This document shows positions 18,967 through 28,628 of a stretch of DNA of 64,000 nucleotides, piece after piece. The stretch's first letter is position 1, and the number at the start of each line of letters is the position of its first letter. Position numbers and translations under genes: made by a program. A model generated the notes under the pieces. That model was not told the DNA's origin. It saw nothing but the letters and a program-made list of their open reading frames with translations, and made no database searches. The DNA is from Acidimicrobiales bacterium (GTDB lineage Bacteria; Actinomycetota; Acidimicrobiia; Acidimicrobiales; Aldehydirespiratoraceae), in assembly GCA_029263215.1 (NCBI GenBank), contig JAJCXY010000056.1:73678-137677 (forward strand). The letters are read 5' to 3'.

Positions 18967-20471
18967 CGCCGACTCCGCAACATGCGCTTGACCCGCCTCA
19001 TGGCCCGATCCTTGGTGCGAAGCACAGAAACGAGCGCCAAGAGCAACGGCAAGATCGTGACCCGGCCGGCGAGCATGCCGGGGATCAGCAACAGCCTTCC
19101 GTCGGCGCCGAGGGCGGTCGCATCGCCGAATGCGCCGGTGCCCGGTGCGGGTCCGGCGGTGGACAGCACGGAGATGGCCGTCCACAGGGCCGTGATCAGG
19201 TCGACACCGACCAGCGCCAGGAAGAAGGCGCCAACTGCGGCCAGCCCGAAATGGGCTATCTGGTAGCCGGTGAGGCGCTCGAGTTCGCGGTCGTCGATCG
19301 CCCGCTCGTCGGCCATCACCACGGTGACGGAGTTGGGATCGAGCTGGCGCCGGAGTTCACGGTTGGCGAAGTCGACGAGGCTTCGGACCCGGGCGACCCT
19401 GAGGCCTCCGCCCGCGGACGCTCCCATGGAACCGGTGGCCACCACCACGAGAAGGATGCTGAGGGCAGCCGGTGGATAGACGGTCCAATCGCTCACCGCG
19501 TATCCCGTGGTGCTCACCGCCGATGCCACGCTGAACAGGGCATCGCCGACCGGGATCCCGTCGACGGAGACAAGCAGGGCAACGGTGGCGAGCACCACTA
19601 TCGAGAGATAGAGCCTCAGCTCAGAGCTCTCCAGGAACCGTCGAGAGTGGCGTCGAAGCGCCCACCACAGGGCGAAGTAGCTCATGCCGGCGACAAGCAT
19701 GAACACCGTGGCGACCAGCTGAGAGCCTGTGCCCGCCGAGGCCAGCGAATCGGTTCGGGAGGAGAACCCGCCGGTGGAGACGGTGGTGAGTGCATGAACC
19801 ACCGAGTCGCGGGTGCCCAGGCCGGTGACGAGATAGCCGAGTCCGCAAAGGGCGGTGAGGCCCGAGTAGATGCCGACGACGCGTCGCCGTCCCACTGCCG
19901 GCGTGGGGGCAAGGCGATCCAGTCGGCGCCCGTGGCCGCGGGGAATCTGCACACTCCCGCGCATGGCGCTGGGTAATGCGATCACCGCGGCAAGAACCCC
20001 GAACGCGCCACCGATCCACTGGGTCGATGCCCGCCAGATATGCATCGTGGTGGAGAACTCGTCGACATCGAGGGTGGAGAGTGCAGTTGTGCTGAACCCG
20101 GCTGCCGACTCGAAAAGGGCATCGTCGACCTGGCTGGTGATCCCGGTGAGGAGGTACACAGCCATACCGGCCACCACCATGGCTATCCATGCTGACGCCA
20201 GGCCCGACACGACCCGACCCGGCGGAGTACGGCGCCGGGGTTGGAGCATTCGTCGCCCGGTGAAACCGATCCCACCGGTGATCGCGGCAATGGACAAGAG
20301 AGCGAGGGCCTCGCTCACATCATCGAACAGGCCTCCGAGTCCGCACAGGGCAGTCACGACCGAGAAGGCTGCGAGGGCGTCAGCGACTGTCAGACGGCTG
20401 AAACTCTGGCGACGCCTCCGACCGAGCCGGGCGGGCGGGCCTCCGCTCGATACGGCCGAGTTTGCGGTCAC
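18963..20471 (-). CDS. trkH: TrkH-family K+ uptake membrane subunit (copy 1 in operon order).
   Basis: Polytopic protein with pore-loop motifs (AAGFSTTA, TVSTGGFSS, AVSTTGYA, SMGASAGGG). Its GTG 20471 overlaps the trkA TGA (GTGA). The longer track ORF runs through trkA in another frame. Confidence 0.85.
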   Translation of the reverse strand: MTANSAVSSGGPPARLGRRRRQSFSRLTVADALAAFSVVTALCGLGGLFDDVSEALALLSIAAITGGIGFTGRRMLQPRRRTPPGRVVSGLASAWIAMVVAGMAVYLLTGITSQVDDALFESAAGFSTTALSTLDVDEFSTTMHIWRASTQWIGGAFGVLAAVIALPSAMRGSVQIPRGHGRRLDRLAPTPAVGRRRVVGIYSGLTALCGLGYLVTGLGTRDSVVHALTTVSTGGFSSRTDSLASAGTGSQLVATVFMLVAGMSYFALWWALRRHSRRFLESSELRLYLSIVVLATVALLVSVDGIPVGDALFSVASAVSTTGYAVSDWTVYPPAALSILLVVVATGSMGASAGGGLRVARVRSLVDFANRELRRQLDPNSVTVVMADERAIDDRELERLTGYQIAHFGLAAVGAFFLALVGVDLITALWTAISVLSTAGPAPGTGAFGDATALGADGRLLLIPGMLAGRVTILPLLLALVSVLRTKDRAMRRVKRMLRSRR

Positions 20472-21811
20472 CCGATCGCGCGACGAGCGGCTTCGACTGC
20501 CGAGGGCATCGCGACCACCACGACCCGATCCCTGGCCCGCAGATGCGACCGGCCGCGGATGATCCGCGGCTTGCCATCGCGTACCGCCGCCGCGATCAAG
20601 GCGTCCTTGGGAAGGTTGAGATCGCGAACCCGTTCTCCGTCGGCAGGGCTCCCCGGCGCGACCTCGAGCTCGAGGACCTCCACCTCGCCATGCAGGAAGG
20701 TGGCGACCGCGGCAACCCCGCCACGGACAAATCTCAACACGCCATTCGCGGTGGCGGTACGCGGCGACAGGGCCACGTCGATCCCGGCATCGGCGAGCAG
20801 GGTGAGCAGGGCCAGGCGATGCACCACTGCCACTGTCTCTTTCGCTCCGTTGGCCTTGGCGTAGAGACAAGCGAGGATGTTCGCGTCGTCCTCTCCTGTG
20901 GTGGCCACCACCATCTCGAAGCGGCCGACGCCGGCCTCCTCCAATAGATCTGCGTCGGTGATGTCTCCTTCGAGCACTAGAGCGTCGTCGAGACGCTCCG
21001 CCAGCTCCCTTGCCCGGTCCGGACTCCGTTCGACAACCACCACTTGAATGCCGCGATCGGCAAGGCTCTTCGCCAACATCTCCGCGGTTCGTCCTCCACC
21101 GAGAAGCATCACCCGGTTGGGGACCTGAGAATCGAGGCCGAGTAGCTCGATCACGAGGCGTCGGGCGCTGCGCTTCACCGCCACGCGCACGTGGTCGCCT
21201 GCTTCCAGGCGATGATCACGGCGCGGGATGACGGTCTCGTCACCGCGCCCTATGGCCGCCACCATGAAGTCCCACTCGGGCTCGAACTCCTCGCCGATGT
21301 CGCCGAGCGTTCTTCCCACGAGAGGCGCATCGGGCGGTAGCCGAGCTCCGATCACCACGACCTCCCCACCCACCATGTGGGCCACCTCGTCAGCGCCAGG
21401 GTAGTCGAGGAGTTCCAGCACCTCCTCCGCGGTCTCTGCATCGGGGTCGATGATCAGATCGGCGCCCGCGGCCTTGCGGATGTCTTCGGCGGCCTGCCCC
21501 CTTAGCTCGGCCGCCTCGATCCTGACGATCGACCTCGGGACCCCTATCGATTTCGCGATCATCGACGAAATCAGGTTGGCCTCGTCGTTGGCGGTGACCG
21601 CCACGATCAACTCCGTGTGCTCGACGCCGGCTCGGCGCAGGACATCAGGATGAGTGCCACTTCCGCACACGGTGAGCACGTCGAGTGCGTCGTCGATAGC
21701 GCGCAACTTCGCCCCGTCGATGTCGATGATGGCCACATCGTGGCCCTCACGACTAAGCCGGTCGGCAACATAGGAACCGACTTCACCGGCTCCGACCACG
21801 ACTACGTGCAC
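20468..21811 (-). CDS. trkA: Trk system K+ uptake regulatory protein with duplicated RCK/NAD-binding domains.
   Basis: Two Rossmann motifs, MHVVVVGAGEVGS and VMLLGGGRTAE. 447 aa. Confidence 0.92.
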   Translation of the reverse strand: MHVVVVGAGEVGSYVADRLSREGHDVAIIDIDGAKLRAIDDALDVLTVCGSGTHPDVLRRAGVEHTELIVAVTANDEANLISSMIAKSIGVPRSIVRIEAAELRGQAAEDIRKAAGADLIIDPDAETAEEVLELLDYPGADEVAHMVGGEVVVIGARLPPDAPLVGRTLGDIGEEFEPEWDFMVAAIGRGDETVIPRRDHRLEAGDHVRVAVKRSARRLVIELLGLDSQVPNRVMLLGGGRTAEMLAKSLADRGIQVVVVERSPDRARELAERLDDALVLEGDITDADLLEEAGVGRFEMVVATTGEDDANILACLYAKANGAKETVAVVHRLALLTLLADAGIDVALSPRTATANGVLRFVRGGVAAVATFLHGEVEVLELEVAPGSPADGERVRDLNLPKDALIAAAVRDGKPRIIRGRSHLRARDRVVVVAMPSAVEAARRAIG

Positions 21812-21832
21812 AGCTTCTTTCTACTCCCTGGA

Positions 21833-22435
21833 TCAGTGAGTTGGGGGATCAAGGGCACCGGGCCGGAATTCCACGACACCGTCCTCGGTGACGACTGCAT
21901 CGAGGGGGACGTCCCAAGGCTCGGCGGGAACAAGGTCGACTCGCTGCAAGGAGTGGGCAACCCCGATGACGATGGGGCGCGAAGAGTCCGTTGCGGCGAG
22001 GGCGCGATCGTAGAAGCCTCCCCCTTGGCCGAGGCGGTTGCCCTGCTCATCGAACGCCACGAGCGGGGCCAGAACCACGTCGTGGCTCTGAAGAGGCACG
22101 GGATCACCCGCGACAGGCTCTTGGATCCCGAACGAACCGGTGGTGGCCTCGCCGTCGGGGTCCCACCTGAGGAACTCAAGATGGTCGCCCACCACGCGAG
22201 GCACAGTGATGGTGCGTCCCGATTCACACAGCAGTATCAGTGCGGCATCAATGTCGATCTCGCCGCGCACCGCCCGATAACCGGAGATGATCGACACCTC
22301 TCGCAGCAGAGGCAGGCGAGCCAGTCGCGCCATCACCGCCATCGCTGCCGCGGCCTGGTCGTCGCCTGACAGGGCGGTGCGACGCTCTCTCAAGTCGAGG
22401 CGCATCGCTCGTCGCTGGCTGGCGAGTTGGGTCAT
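21833..22435 (-). CDS. 5-formyltetrahydrofolate cyclo-ligase.
   Basis: GGGFYDR signature and the ...PRVV...LEF... pattern. The start is uncertain, either ATG 22435 or ATG 22495. Confidence 0.78.
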   Translation of the reverse strand: MTQLASQRRAMRLDLRERRTALSGDDQAAAAMAVMARLARLPLLREVSIISGYRAVRGEIDIDAALILLCESGRTITVPRVVGDHLEFLRWDPDGEATTGSFGIQEPVAGDPVPLQSHDVVLAPLVAFDEQGNRLGQGGGFYDRALAATDSSRPIVIGVAHSLQRVDLVPAEPWDVPLDAVVTEDGVVEFRPGALDPPTH

Positions 22436-22508
22436 CGGACGAACGGTACCGGCTGGAGCCGTGGCTGTGGAGACCGGTGAGGCCCCCACAGCCATCAGAA
22501 TCCGTCGC

Positions 22509-24596
22509 TCAGACGAAAGCGCTGGCGAACACCAGCGACACGATGGTCATCACCTTGAGCAGGATGTTCATCGCCGGGCCCGAAGTGTCCTTGAAGGGAT
22601 CGCCGACCGTGTCGCCCACGACTGCGGCCTTGTGATTGTCGGATCCCTTGCCGCCGAGGGCGCCCGCCTCGATGTACTTCTTGGCGTTGTCCCATGCACC
22701 GCCGGCGTTCGCCATGAAGATGGCGAGAGCAAAGCCGGTGACGAGAGCGCCGGCCAGCAGGCCGCCGAGGGCGTCGACATCGATGAAGCCGATGACCAGA
22801 GGCACCACCACCGCGAGGGCGCCGGGGATGAGCATCTCCTTGAGGCTGGCATCGGTGGAAATCTCCACGCAGCGAGCCGAGTCGGGCACGACACCCTCCT
22901 TGCCTTCCCGCAGGCCGGGGATCTCGCGGAACTGACGGCGTACCTCTTCGATCATCGCGTGAGCGGCACGTCCGACGGCGTCGATCGTGAGCGCGGCGAA
23001 CAGGAACGGCAGGGCCGCGCCGAGGAAGAGGCCGATGAATACGTCGACCTCACCGACATCGAGGCTCAACACCCGTCCCTCCTGCAGTAGGGCGAACTCG
23101 AAGCTCTTGAACAGGGCCAAGGCGGTGAGGGCAGCCGAGCCGACCGCGAATCCCTTTGCGACCGCTGCGGTGGTGTTGCCGAGCGAGTCGAGGGCGTCGG
23201 TAACTTCGCGCACGCTCGGGTCGAGCTCGGCCATCTCCGCGATTCCGCCGGCGTTGTCGGCGATGGGCCCGTAGGCATCGACCGACACAACGACGCCGGT
23301 AGTGGCGAGCATGCCGATGGCGGCCACAGCGATGCCGTAGATACCCGCGAACGAGTCGTCGCCAAGGGTCTGTTCGCCACCCCAGAAGGCAACCGCGACG
23401 CCGAGGACAACGAGCCCGACCGAAGCTGCCACCGAGATCATTCCGGCGCTGATGCCGCTGAGAATCGTGGTGGCGGGGCCGGTCTCGGTCTGCTTGGCGA
23501 TCTTCTTCACCGGGGCGAAGTGATCGGAGGTGAAGTATTCGGCGGTCTTTCCGAGCGCCCAGCCGGCCACGAGGCCGCCGCTCACAGAGACGGCGAGACC
23601 CCAGGGCTTGTCGGAGCCGTCGAACAACCAGTAGGCGATGACGAATGTGGCCATGAGAGTGAGACCCATGGCCACATTCGTGCCCATGTGAAGAGCTCTG
23701 CTCAGCGACTTCGAATCGGTGGAGTCGCCGGACTTCACGAAGAAGGAGCCGATGATCGAGGCAACCATGCCCGCGAAGGCAATCGCTACTGGGTACATCA
23801 GGAACTCGATGGGCCCACTGTCGCCGGCCTGTTCGGCGGTGATGCCCACGCCGGCGAGACCGAATGCCACCAGCGAGATCGGCGCGATTATCGATCCGAC
23901 GTAGGACTCGAAGAGGTCGGCCCCCATGCCGGCGACATCGCCCACATTGTCGCCAACATTGTCGGCGATGGTGGCGGGGTTGCGCGGGTCGTCTTCGGGG
24001 ATTCCAGCCTCGACCTTGCCGACGAGGTCGGCGCCAACATCGGCCGCCTTGGTGTAGATGCCGCCACCCACACGCGAGAAAAGGGCTATCGATGAGGCCC
24101 CCAGGCCGTAGGCGGTGACTATCTCGAACGCTTCGGCGTGCTCGATCCAGGTAACGAACACTGTGTAGACGACCATCAGCCCGAGAAGAGCGAGCCCGGC
24201 TACCGAGAATCCCATAACCGCGCCGCCCCGGAAAGCGATCGGTAGGGCCTTGCCAGGCCCGTCCTTGGCCGCTTCGGTGGTGCGGGCGTTGGCCATCGTG
24301 GCAACGGTCATACCGACATAACCGGCGGTGGCCGACAACACCGCACCCAGCAGATAACTGATCGAAGCCAGCGGATGGATCACGAAAGCGATCAGCAGCA
24401 TCATCGCCACCACGAACACCGACACCCAGGTGTATTCCTGTTTCAGGAAGGCACGTGCACCTTTCTGAATCTCGGTCATGAGGAAGACCATGCGGTCGTT
24501 GCCCGGCGACGCAGCCTCGACTGCCTTGTAGTAGTAGCCGGCCAAGACGAGTCCGGCGATTGCCGAAATCAGGGCCAGATAGGGAACGGCGCTCAC
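22509..24596 (-). CDS. hppA: Membrane-integral cation-translocating pyrophosphatase, predicted K+-dependent type.
   Basis: 695 aa and about 16 TM. Motifs GGIYTKAADVGADLVGK, DNVGDNVGD and DTVGDPFKDT. The K+-dependence determinant GNTTAAVAKG lies at 23151-23180. Confidence 0.97.
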   Translation of the reverse strand: MSAVPYLALISAIAGLVLAGYYYKAVEAASPGNDRMVFLMTEIQKGARAFLKQEYTWVSVFVVAMMLLIAFVIHPLASISYLLGAVLSATAGYVGMTVATMANARTTEAAKDGPGKALPIAFRGGAVMGFSVAGLALLGLMVVYTVFVTWIEHAEAFEIVTAYGLGASSIALFSRVGGGIYTKAADVGADLVGKVEAGIPEDDPRNPATIADNVGDNVGDVAGMGADLFESYVGSIIAPISLVAFGLAGVGITAEQAGDSGPIEFLMYPVAIAFAGMVASIIGSFFVKSGDSTDSKSLSRALHMGTNVAMGLTLMATFVIAYWLFDGSDKPWGLAVSVSGGLVAGWALGKTAEYFTSDHFAPVKKIAKQTETGPATTILSGISAGMISVAASVGLVVLGVAVAFWGGEQTLGDDSFAGIYGIAVAAIGMLATTGVVVSVDAYGPIADNAGGIAEMAELDPSVREVTDALDSLGNTTAAVAKGFAVGSAALTALALFKSFEFALLQEGRVLSLDVGEVDVFIGLFLGAALPFLFAALTIDAVGRAAHAMIEEVRRQFREIPGLREGKEGVVPDSARCVEISTDASLKEMLIPGALAVVVPLVIGFIDVDALGGLLAGALVTGFALAIFMANAGGAWDNAKKYIEAGALGGKGSDNHKAAVVGDTVGDPFKDTSGPAMNILLKVMTIVSLVFASAFV

Positions 24597-24672
24597 GGTT
24601 GCTCCTGTCGATGCGCAGTGGAAAAGATCGGCGTCACGCTATCGACCAGACAGGCGCGCTACAAGCATTTGA

Positions 24673-25428
24673 TCAAAGGGAATCGCGAGCCTCGAGCCAC
24701 CCGAGTACCGCGTCGGCCAGGCCGAGGGCGTGAGAGGGGGCGCTGAAGAGGTGATCTGCTTCGGGGATGGTGACGAGGGTGGAGTCGGTCGCCGCTGCTG
24801 CCAGGGCCCGAGTCTCGCTGATCGGCACGATCTCATCGGCCCCGGCCTCAACCACCAGCACAGGGATATCGAGCTCTGCTGCCGCTTGGACAACGTCGTG
24901 GCGATCGAGGTCGGCCTGAAAGGCAGCACCGATCCGGAAAGGGCGGCCGCCGATGTGCACCTCCACTGCTCCGCTCTCATCGGCAGACTTCGCGTCTCCG
25001 AAGAGGTGCCTGACGTGACCGACGTCGGAGGGCGAGGCGACACAAACCAGGCCGGTCACGGTGTGAAGACGGCTAGCTGCGAGCACTGCCGCGCCGCCCC
25101 CGAGGCTGTGGCCGATCAACAGGCAGGCTCCGGCCCGCCTCTCGAGCAACGCCACCGCGGCGCGGGTGAGGTCGCCCACCTCAGATCCAACGGTGGTGGC
25201 CTCAAAGTCGCCGTCGCTCTCGCCGAGGCCGGTGAAGTCGAAAGTGAGCGTTATCCAACCTGCATCGGTGAGCCTACGAGCGAGCCTCGAGGTGGTGTGG
25301 AGGTCCTTGCTGCAGGTGAAGCAGTGAGCGAGCAGGGCGCTGCCGACCGCAGGACCGTCGGGGCGACGCAAGGTGCCGGCCAAACGATGACCGGCAGCGC
25401 CGACAAAGGAGAGGTTCTCGGTGTGCAT
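24673..25428 (-). CDS. Alpha/beta-fold hydrolase.
   Basis: Nucleophile elbow GHSLGG. 251 aa when started at ATG 25428. Confidence 0.75.
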   Translation of the reverse strand: MHTENLSFVGAAGHRLAGTLRRPDGPAVGSALLAHCFTCSKDLHTTSRLARRLTDAGWITLTFDFTGLGESDGDFEATTVGSEVGDLTRAAVALLERRAGACLLIGHSLGGGAAVLAASRLHTVTGLVCVASPSDVGHVRHLFGDAKSADESGAVEVHIGGRPFRIGAAFQADLDRHDVVQAAAELDIPVLVVEAGADEIVPISETRALAAAATDSTLVTIPEADHLFSAPSHALGLADAVLGWLEARDSL

Positions 25429-25516
25429 CCGTGCAGTATCCCATACACCAAAGCCACCGTGAGTGGCTGAACCGACCGCGGTTGGTGGCGTCAGGTGTCG
25501 TTTGGGTGACAAGCTT

Positions 25517-25537
25517 AGGAATGCACTGAGGAATACA
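25517..25537. promoter_or_regulatory. Direct repeat AGGAAT(G/A)CA x2 in an AT-richer divergent intergenic region.
   Basis: AGGAATGCA at 25517-25525 and AGGAATACA at 25529-25537, 12 bp start to start. They lie about 50 nt upstream of ATG 25587. Confidence 0.25.
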
Positions 25538-25586
25538 AAGGCAGGGCCGAACACATATCAAAGATCTCGCGTATCGGAGGTAGAAC

Positions 25587-26051
25587 ATGCTGTCGATTGG
25601 ACGCTCGTCGATCCGGCGAACTCCCACCGTCGCCGGTGGGTGGGCGGACCTTCTCCAAGATGAGGACGCCTATGTCGCCGAAAATGGTTTCGGCGCCGGG
25701 ATCATTCTCATCCACTACGCGGGCGAACTGCTCCGTCATGGCGACGCTGATGCGCGCGGCATCGCCGAGTCCGCTGTCCTGTCGATCATCGACCGTCATC
25801 TCGGCTGGACCGACCGCACCGCGATGGTGGGTACCGGACGACTCGGAGTGGTGATGGTGCCCGTCGAAGGGCCCCTTGCACTGAGTCGCAGAGCCCGTGA
25901 GCTCCACCGAGAGCTCCGAGCGAGCAGCATCGATGTAGATATCGCCTACTCCGTGCGACGCCAGTCGGGCGGCCTTCAGGCCGCTACCGCACGAGCCGAT
26001 GCCGCACTCGACACCGCTCTGGCCCGCAGGACGGGTGCCGGCTCCGCCTGA
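25587..26051 (+). CDS. Stand-alone degenerate GGDEF-like domain protein (154 aa).
   Basis: GGAGG sits 6 nt upstream of the ATG, and GC3 is high. The layout resembles a GGDEF domain, but the active-site position reads GTGRL and no RxxD I-site is present. The C-terminal RADAALDTA matches the conserved ADxALYxAK region. Confidence 0.55.
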   Translation: MLSIGRSSIRRTPTVAGGWADLLQDEDAYVAENGFGAGIILIHYAGELLRHGDADARGIAESAVLSIIDRHLGWTDRTAMVGTGRLGVVMVPVEGPLALSRRARELHRELRASSIDVDIAYSVRRQSGGLQAATARADAALDTALARRTGAGSA

Positions 26052-26083
26052 ACACGCTGGATCTCGCGGGCAAGAGGCCGACT

Positions 26084-26941
26084 TCAGTTCCCGATCGACG
26101 GTCCGAGCTGGCCGAGTACCTTCGCCGCAATACGATGTCCGGCATGGGTGGCGGCGACGCCATCGGCACCAGTGCGTCTGCTGGCCATGAACCCGGCCAC
26201 GAAGCCGTCGCCGACACCGGTGCGATCGTGGATCACCTCCACCGGGGGAACCGGCACCGACGCGGCCCCCGCGGTTCCCTCCATCACCAGAGTGGGCCGG
26301 GCCCCGGCGGTCACCACGGTGCAGCGAGCGCCGGTGATCGCCTCTCGCGCAGGGATTCCCAGTGCCGAATGCTCGGCACGATTCAGCACGACAGCATCAG
26401 GTTCGGCCGCAGCAATCAATTCGAGGAAGTGCCTCTCGCCGATCTGGGCGAGGTCGGCCGGGCCGGGGCCGCCAATGACGACCGGTATAGCGCGGTCTCG
26501 GATCTCGGCCATCAGGCGATCCACCGCGCTGGCCAGGGGGTCGTCGACGAATGCTGAAGCCGCGAAATAGATCTGGCTCACGCCGTCAAGCACCGAGGGT
26601 TCGACCAGCGAGAGGCGACGCGAAGCTCCCCTGTCGACGAGGCGGCTGCGGCTCTTCCCACCCACCATCGTGACCACCACTCCGGTGCCGCCGACATGGC
26701 GGATCAGGGTCTCGACACCACGGGACCGCAGGTCGGCGGCGAGTACACGGCCGATGCCATCATCTCCGACTTGCCCCACGAACCGAGGCCCTCCACCGCC
26801 CTCCGCGTCGATGGCGGCAACGTTGGCGGCACTCCCCCCTCTCAGCCTTGCTGAGCGAACGGCCGTCTCGGCACCGCGAACCGGATCAGACGGGAGTTGG
26901 ATCAGGATCTGCTCCTGGAGATCCCCGATGGACAACAGCAT
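26084..26941 (-). CDS. PfkB-family carbohydrate/nucleoside kinase.
   Basis: C-terminal DRTGVGDGFVAGF (PfkB signature 2) and an N-terminal GG dipeptide region. Confidence 0.85.
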   Translation of the reverse strand: MLLSIGDLQEQILIQLPSDPVRGAETAVRSARLRGGSAANVAAIDAEGGGGPRFVGQVGDDGIGRVLAADLRSRGVETLIRHVGGTGVVVTMVGGKSRSRLVDRGASRRLSLVEPSVLDGVSQIYFAASAFVDDPLASAVDRLMAEIRDRAIPVVIGGPGPADLAQIGERHFLELIAAAEPDAVVLNRAEHSALGIPAREAITGARCTVVTAGARPTLVMEGTAGAASVPVPPVEVIHDRTGVGDGFVAGFMASRRTGADGVAATHAGHRIAAKVLGQLGPSIGN

Positions 26942-26969
26942 TATCGAGACCCTGGTGTGGCTGGTGCGT

Positions 26970-27278
26970 TCAGGCTGATTCGACAGGCTCTACTGCCTGT
27001 CGAAGGTCGATCACGTCGAGCGCAGCAGATTGGTGGTGTGTCTCGACCTTCGCGGCATCGACGATCTCCGCGGCGCGTTGATGGGCTTCGGCCATCACTG
27101 CTTCCACACTCAGACGGGTTGCTCGAAGCACGAGATCGGACCGCTCGCCGTGCAAGGCGGTGATCGTGGCCTCCAGCTCCTCCAATGTGAGATCCATGGC
27201 CGACAGGTGCTGATCGACCGCCGAGCGCCTGTAGCCCCAGATACGGCTCTTGAACCGGCGCGCCTTCTTCGATCTCAC
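26970..27278 (-). CDS. DivIVA-domain protein (about 102 aa).
   Basis: FKSRIWGYRRSAVDQHL matches the DivIVA N-terminal F-x3-R-GY-x3-VD-x-FL motif and is followed by a coiled coil. GTG 27278 has GGAGG 4 nt upstream. Confidence 0.6.
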   Translation of the reverse strand: MRSKKARRFKSRIWGYRRSAVDQHLSAMDLTLEELEATITALHGERSDLVLRATRLSVEAVMAEAHQRAAEIVDAAKVETHHQSAALDVIDLRQAVEPVESA

Positions 27279-27325
27279 ATCGCCTCCATCGTTGGCAGAT
27301 CTCGCTGCCACCAAGCGTAACTGGG

Positions 27326-28501
27326 TCAGAGCGGCAGGAAGAACAAGGGGTCCTTCGGCACACCATCGAGCCTGGTCTCGAAGTGGAGGTGGGGCCCGGT
27401 GCTCCATCCGGTGGATCCGACCAGACCGATGATTTCGCCCCCATCGATCTCGTCGCCGGCTCGGGCCAGCGTCTCAGACATGTGGGCGTAGAGCGTTGCG
27501 ACGTTGCCGGTGTGGGCGACGATCACGGTATTGCCGTAGCCCCCCTTCCAGCCCGCGAAGATCACCCTGCCCTCCTTCGATGCCCAGATCGGGTCGCCAG
27601 TGCTACCGCCGATGTCGATCCCGGTGTGCTGGCGGACAGTGCCGAAGATCGGGTGCACCCGGGTTCCGAACCCTGATCCCACCGATCCCGATGTCGGCAT
27701 CGTGAAACCCTCGATCGACTCCGCACCCGCCTCGCCGGGGCTGACCCCCAACTCGGATCGTACCTTAGCGTTGATGAAGGCCGTGAGCTCGACCGACGCC
27801 CGGGCCAGGGCGTCGGCCTCCGCTTCCCATGCGTCGATGCGGGACTGGAGTTCGTTTTGGATCTCGGCCTGGACGAGCTGTCGGGTCTGGAGTTCGTCCA
27901 GTTCCTCTTCGAGCTGGGCGCGGAGCTGATCGGCCTCGATTCGCGCCTCTTCACCGGCGATGACGTGGTCCTCTCGCTCGACCTGTAGGCGACGGAGGTG
28001 ATCAAGGAGGTCGCGATCACTACCCGCGGCGAAGTCGAGCATGGCGAGGCGAACCGCTGTCTTGTTGATGTCGCCCGACTGGAGCCAGGGCTCGGCGGTG
28101 GTGTCGGTTCCCACGTATGCGTCGACTGCCCGCTGGCGTATCTCGGTGATGGTGCGAGCCACGTCGGCCGACGCGGTATCGGCGAGGGTCTGGCGGGTGA
28201 TCACTTCGGCCTGGGCGGCGTCAAGCGCCTGGCGGCCTCCCTCCACTCGTGCCACCTGGGCATCGACGGCCAGTTGGATCTCGGCGAGGATCTCGGCGAT
28301 CCGCTGGTCTTCGAGCTCGAGGAACTCGAGCTCGGCCAGGGCTGCCGCCTCCGCATCACGGGCAGCCTCACGATCGGCTCGGATGTCGCTGATCGATTCA
28401 TCGGCGCTTGCGGGAGTCGTAACAAGCAAGGCCACAACGGCGACCAACACCAGTCGACGAAGACCGGAACGAGTCTTTGGGGGAACGGGAGTGGAGGGCA
28501 C
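27326..28501 (-). CDS. Secreted coiled-coil M23 (LytM-type) peptidoglycan endopeptidase.
   Basis: Signal peptide RRLVLVAVVALLVTTPASA, a long coiled coil, and the C-terminal M23 motifs HTGIDI...HLHFE. The start is uncertain. GTG 28501 was chosen because the ATG 28630 ORF would overlap the divergent LCP start. Confidence 0.85.
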   Translation of the reverse strand: MPSTPVPPKTRSGLRRLVLVAVVALLVTTPASADESISDIRADREAARDAEAAALAELEFLELEDQRIAEILAEIQLAVDAQVARVEGGRQALDAAQAEVITRQTLADTASADVARTITEIRQRAVDAYVGTDTTAEPWLQSGDINKTAVRLAMLDFAAGSDRDLLDHLRRLQVEREDHVIAGEEARIEADQLRAQLEEELDELQTRQLVQAEIQNELQSRIDAWEAEADALARASVELTAFINAKVRSELGVSPGEAGAESIEGFTMPTSGSVGSGFGTRVHPIFGTVRQHTGIDIGGSTGDPIWASKEGRVIFAGWKGGYGNTVIVAHTGNVATLYAHMSETLARAGDEIDGGEIIGLVGSTGWSTGPHLHFETRLDGVPKDPLFFLPL

Positions 28502-28628
28502 GTGGATGAACCGATGGCGGGTTGGGGTCAACTGGTCACCGCCCACCCACAATGGTAGCGACGCCGCTCGTCGTGGTGGTGACAGGGCGCGGTCGCATCG
28601 CGTGACGTTCGCGGTTAAATGAGCGCCC

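Noticed and set aside
28502-28628. A cyclic-di-AMP (ydaO-type) or other riboswitch in the putative 127-nt leader of the M23 peptidase gene. Such leaders are known upstream of actinobacterial wall hydrolases.
   Set aside because: I could not find the conserved ydaO sequence blocks or a convincing pseudo-symmetric fold by eye. The leader length itself depends on an uncertain start codon. A covariance-model scan (Rfam) would be decisive.
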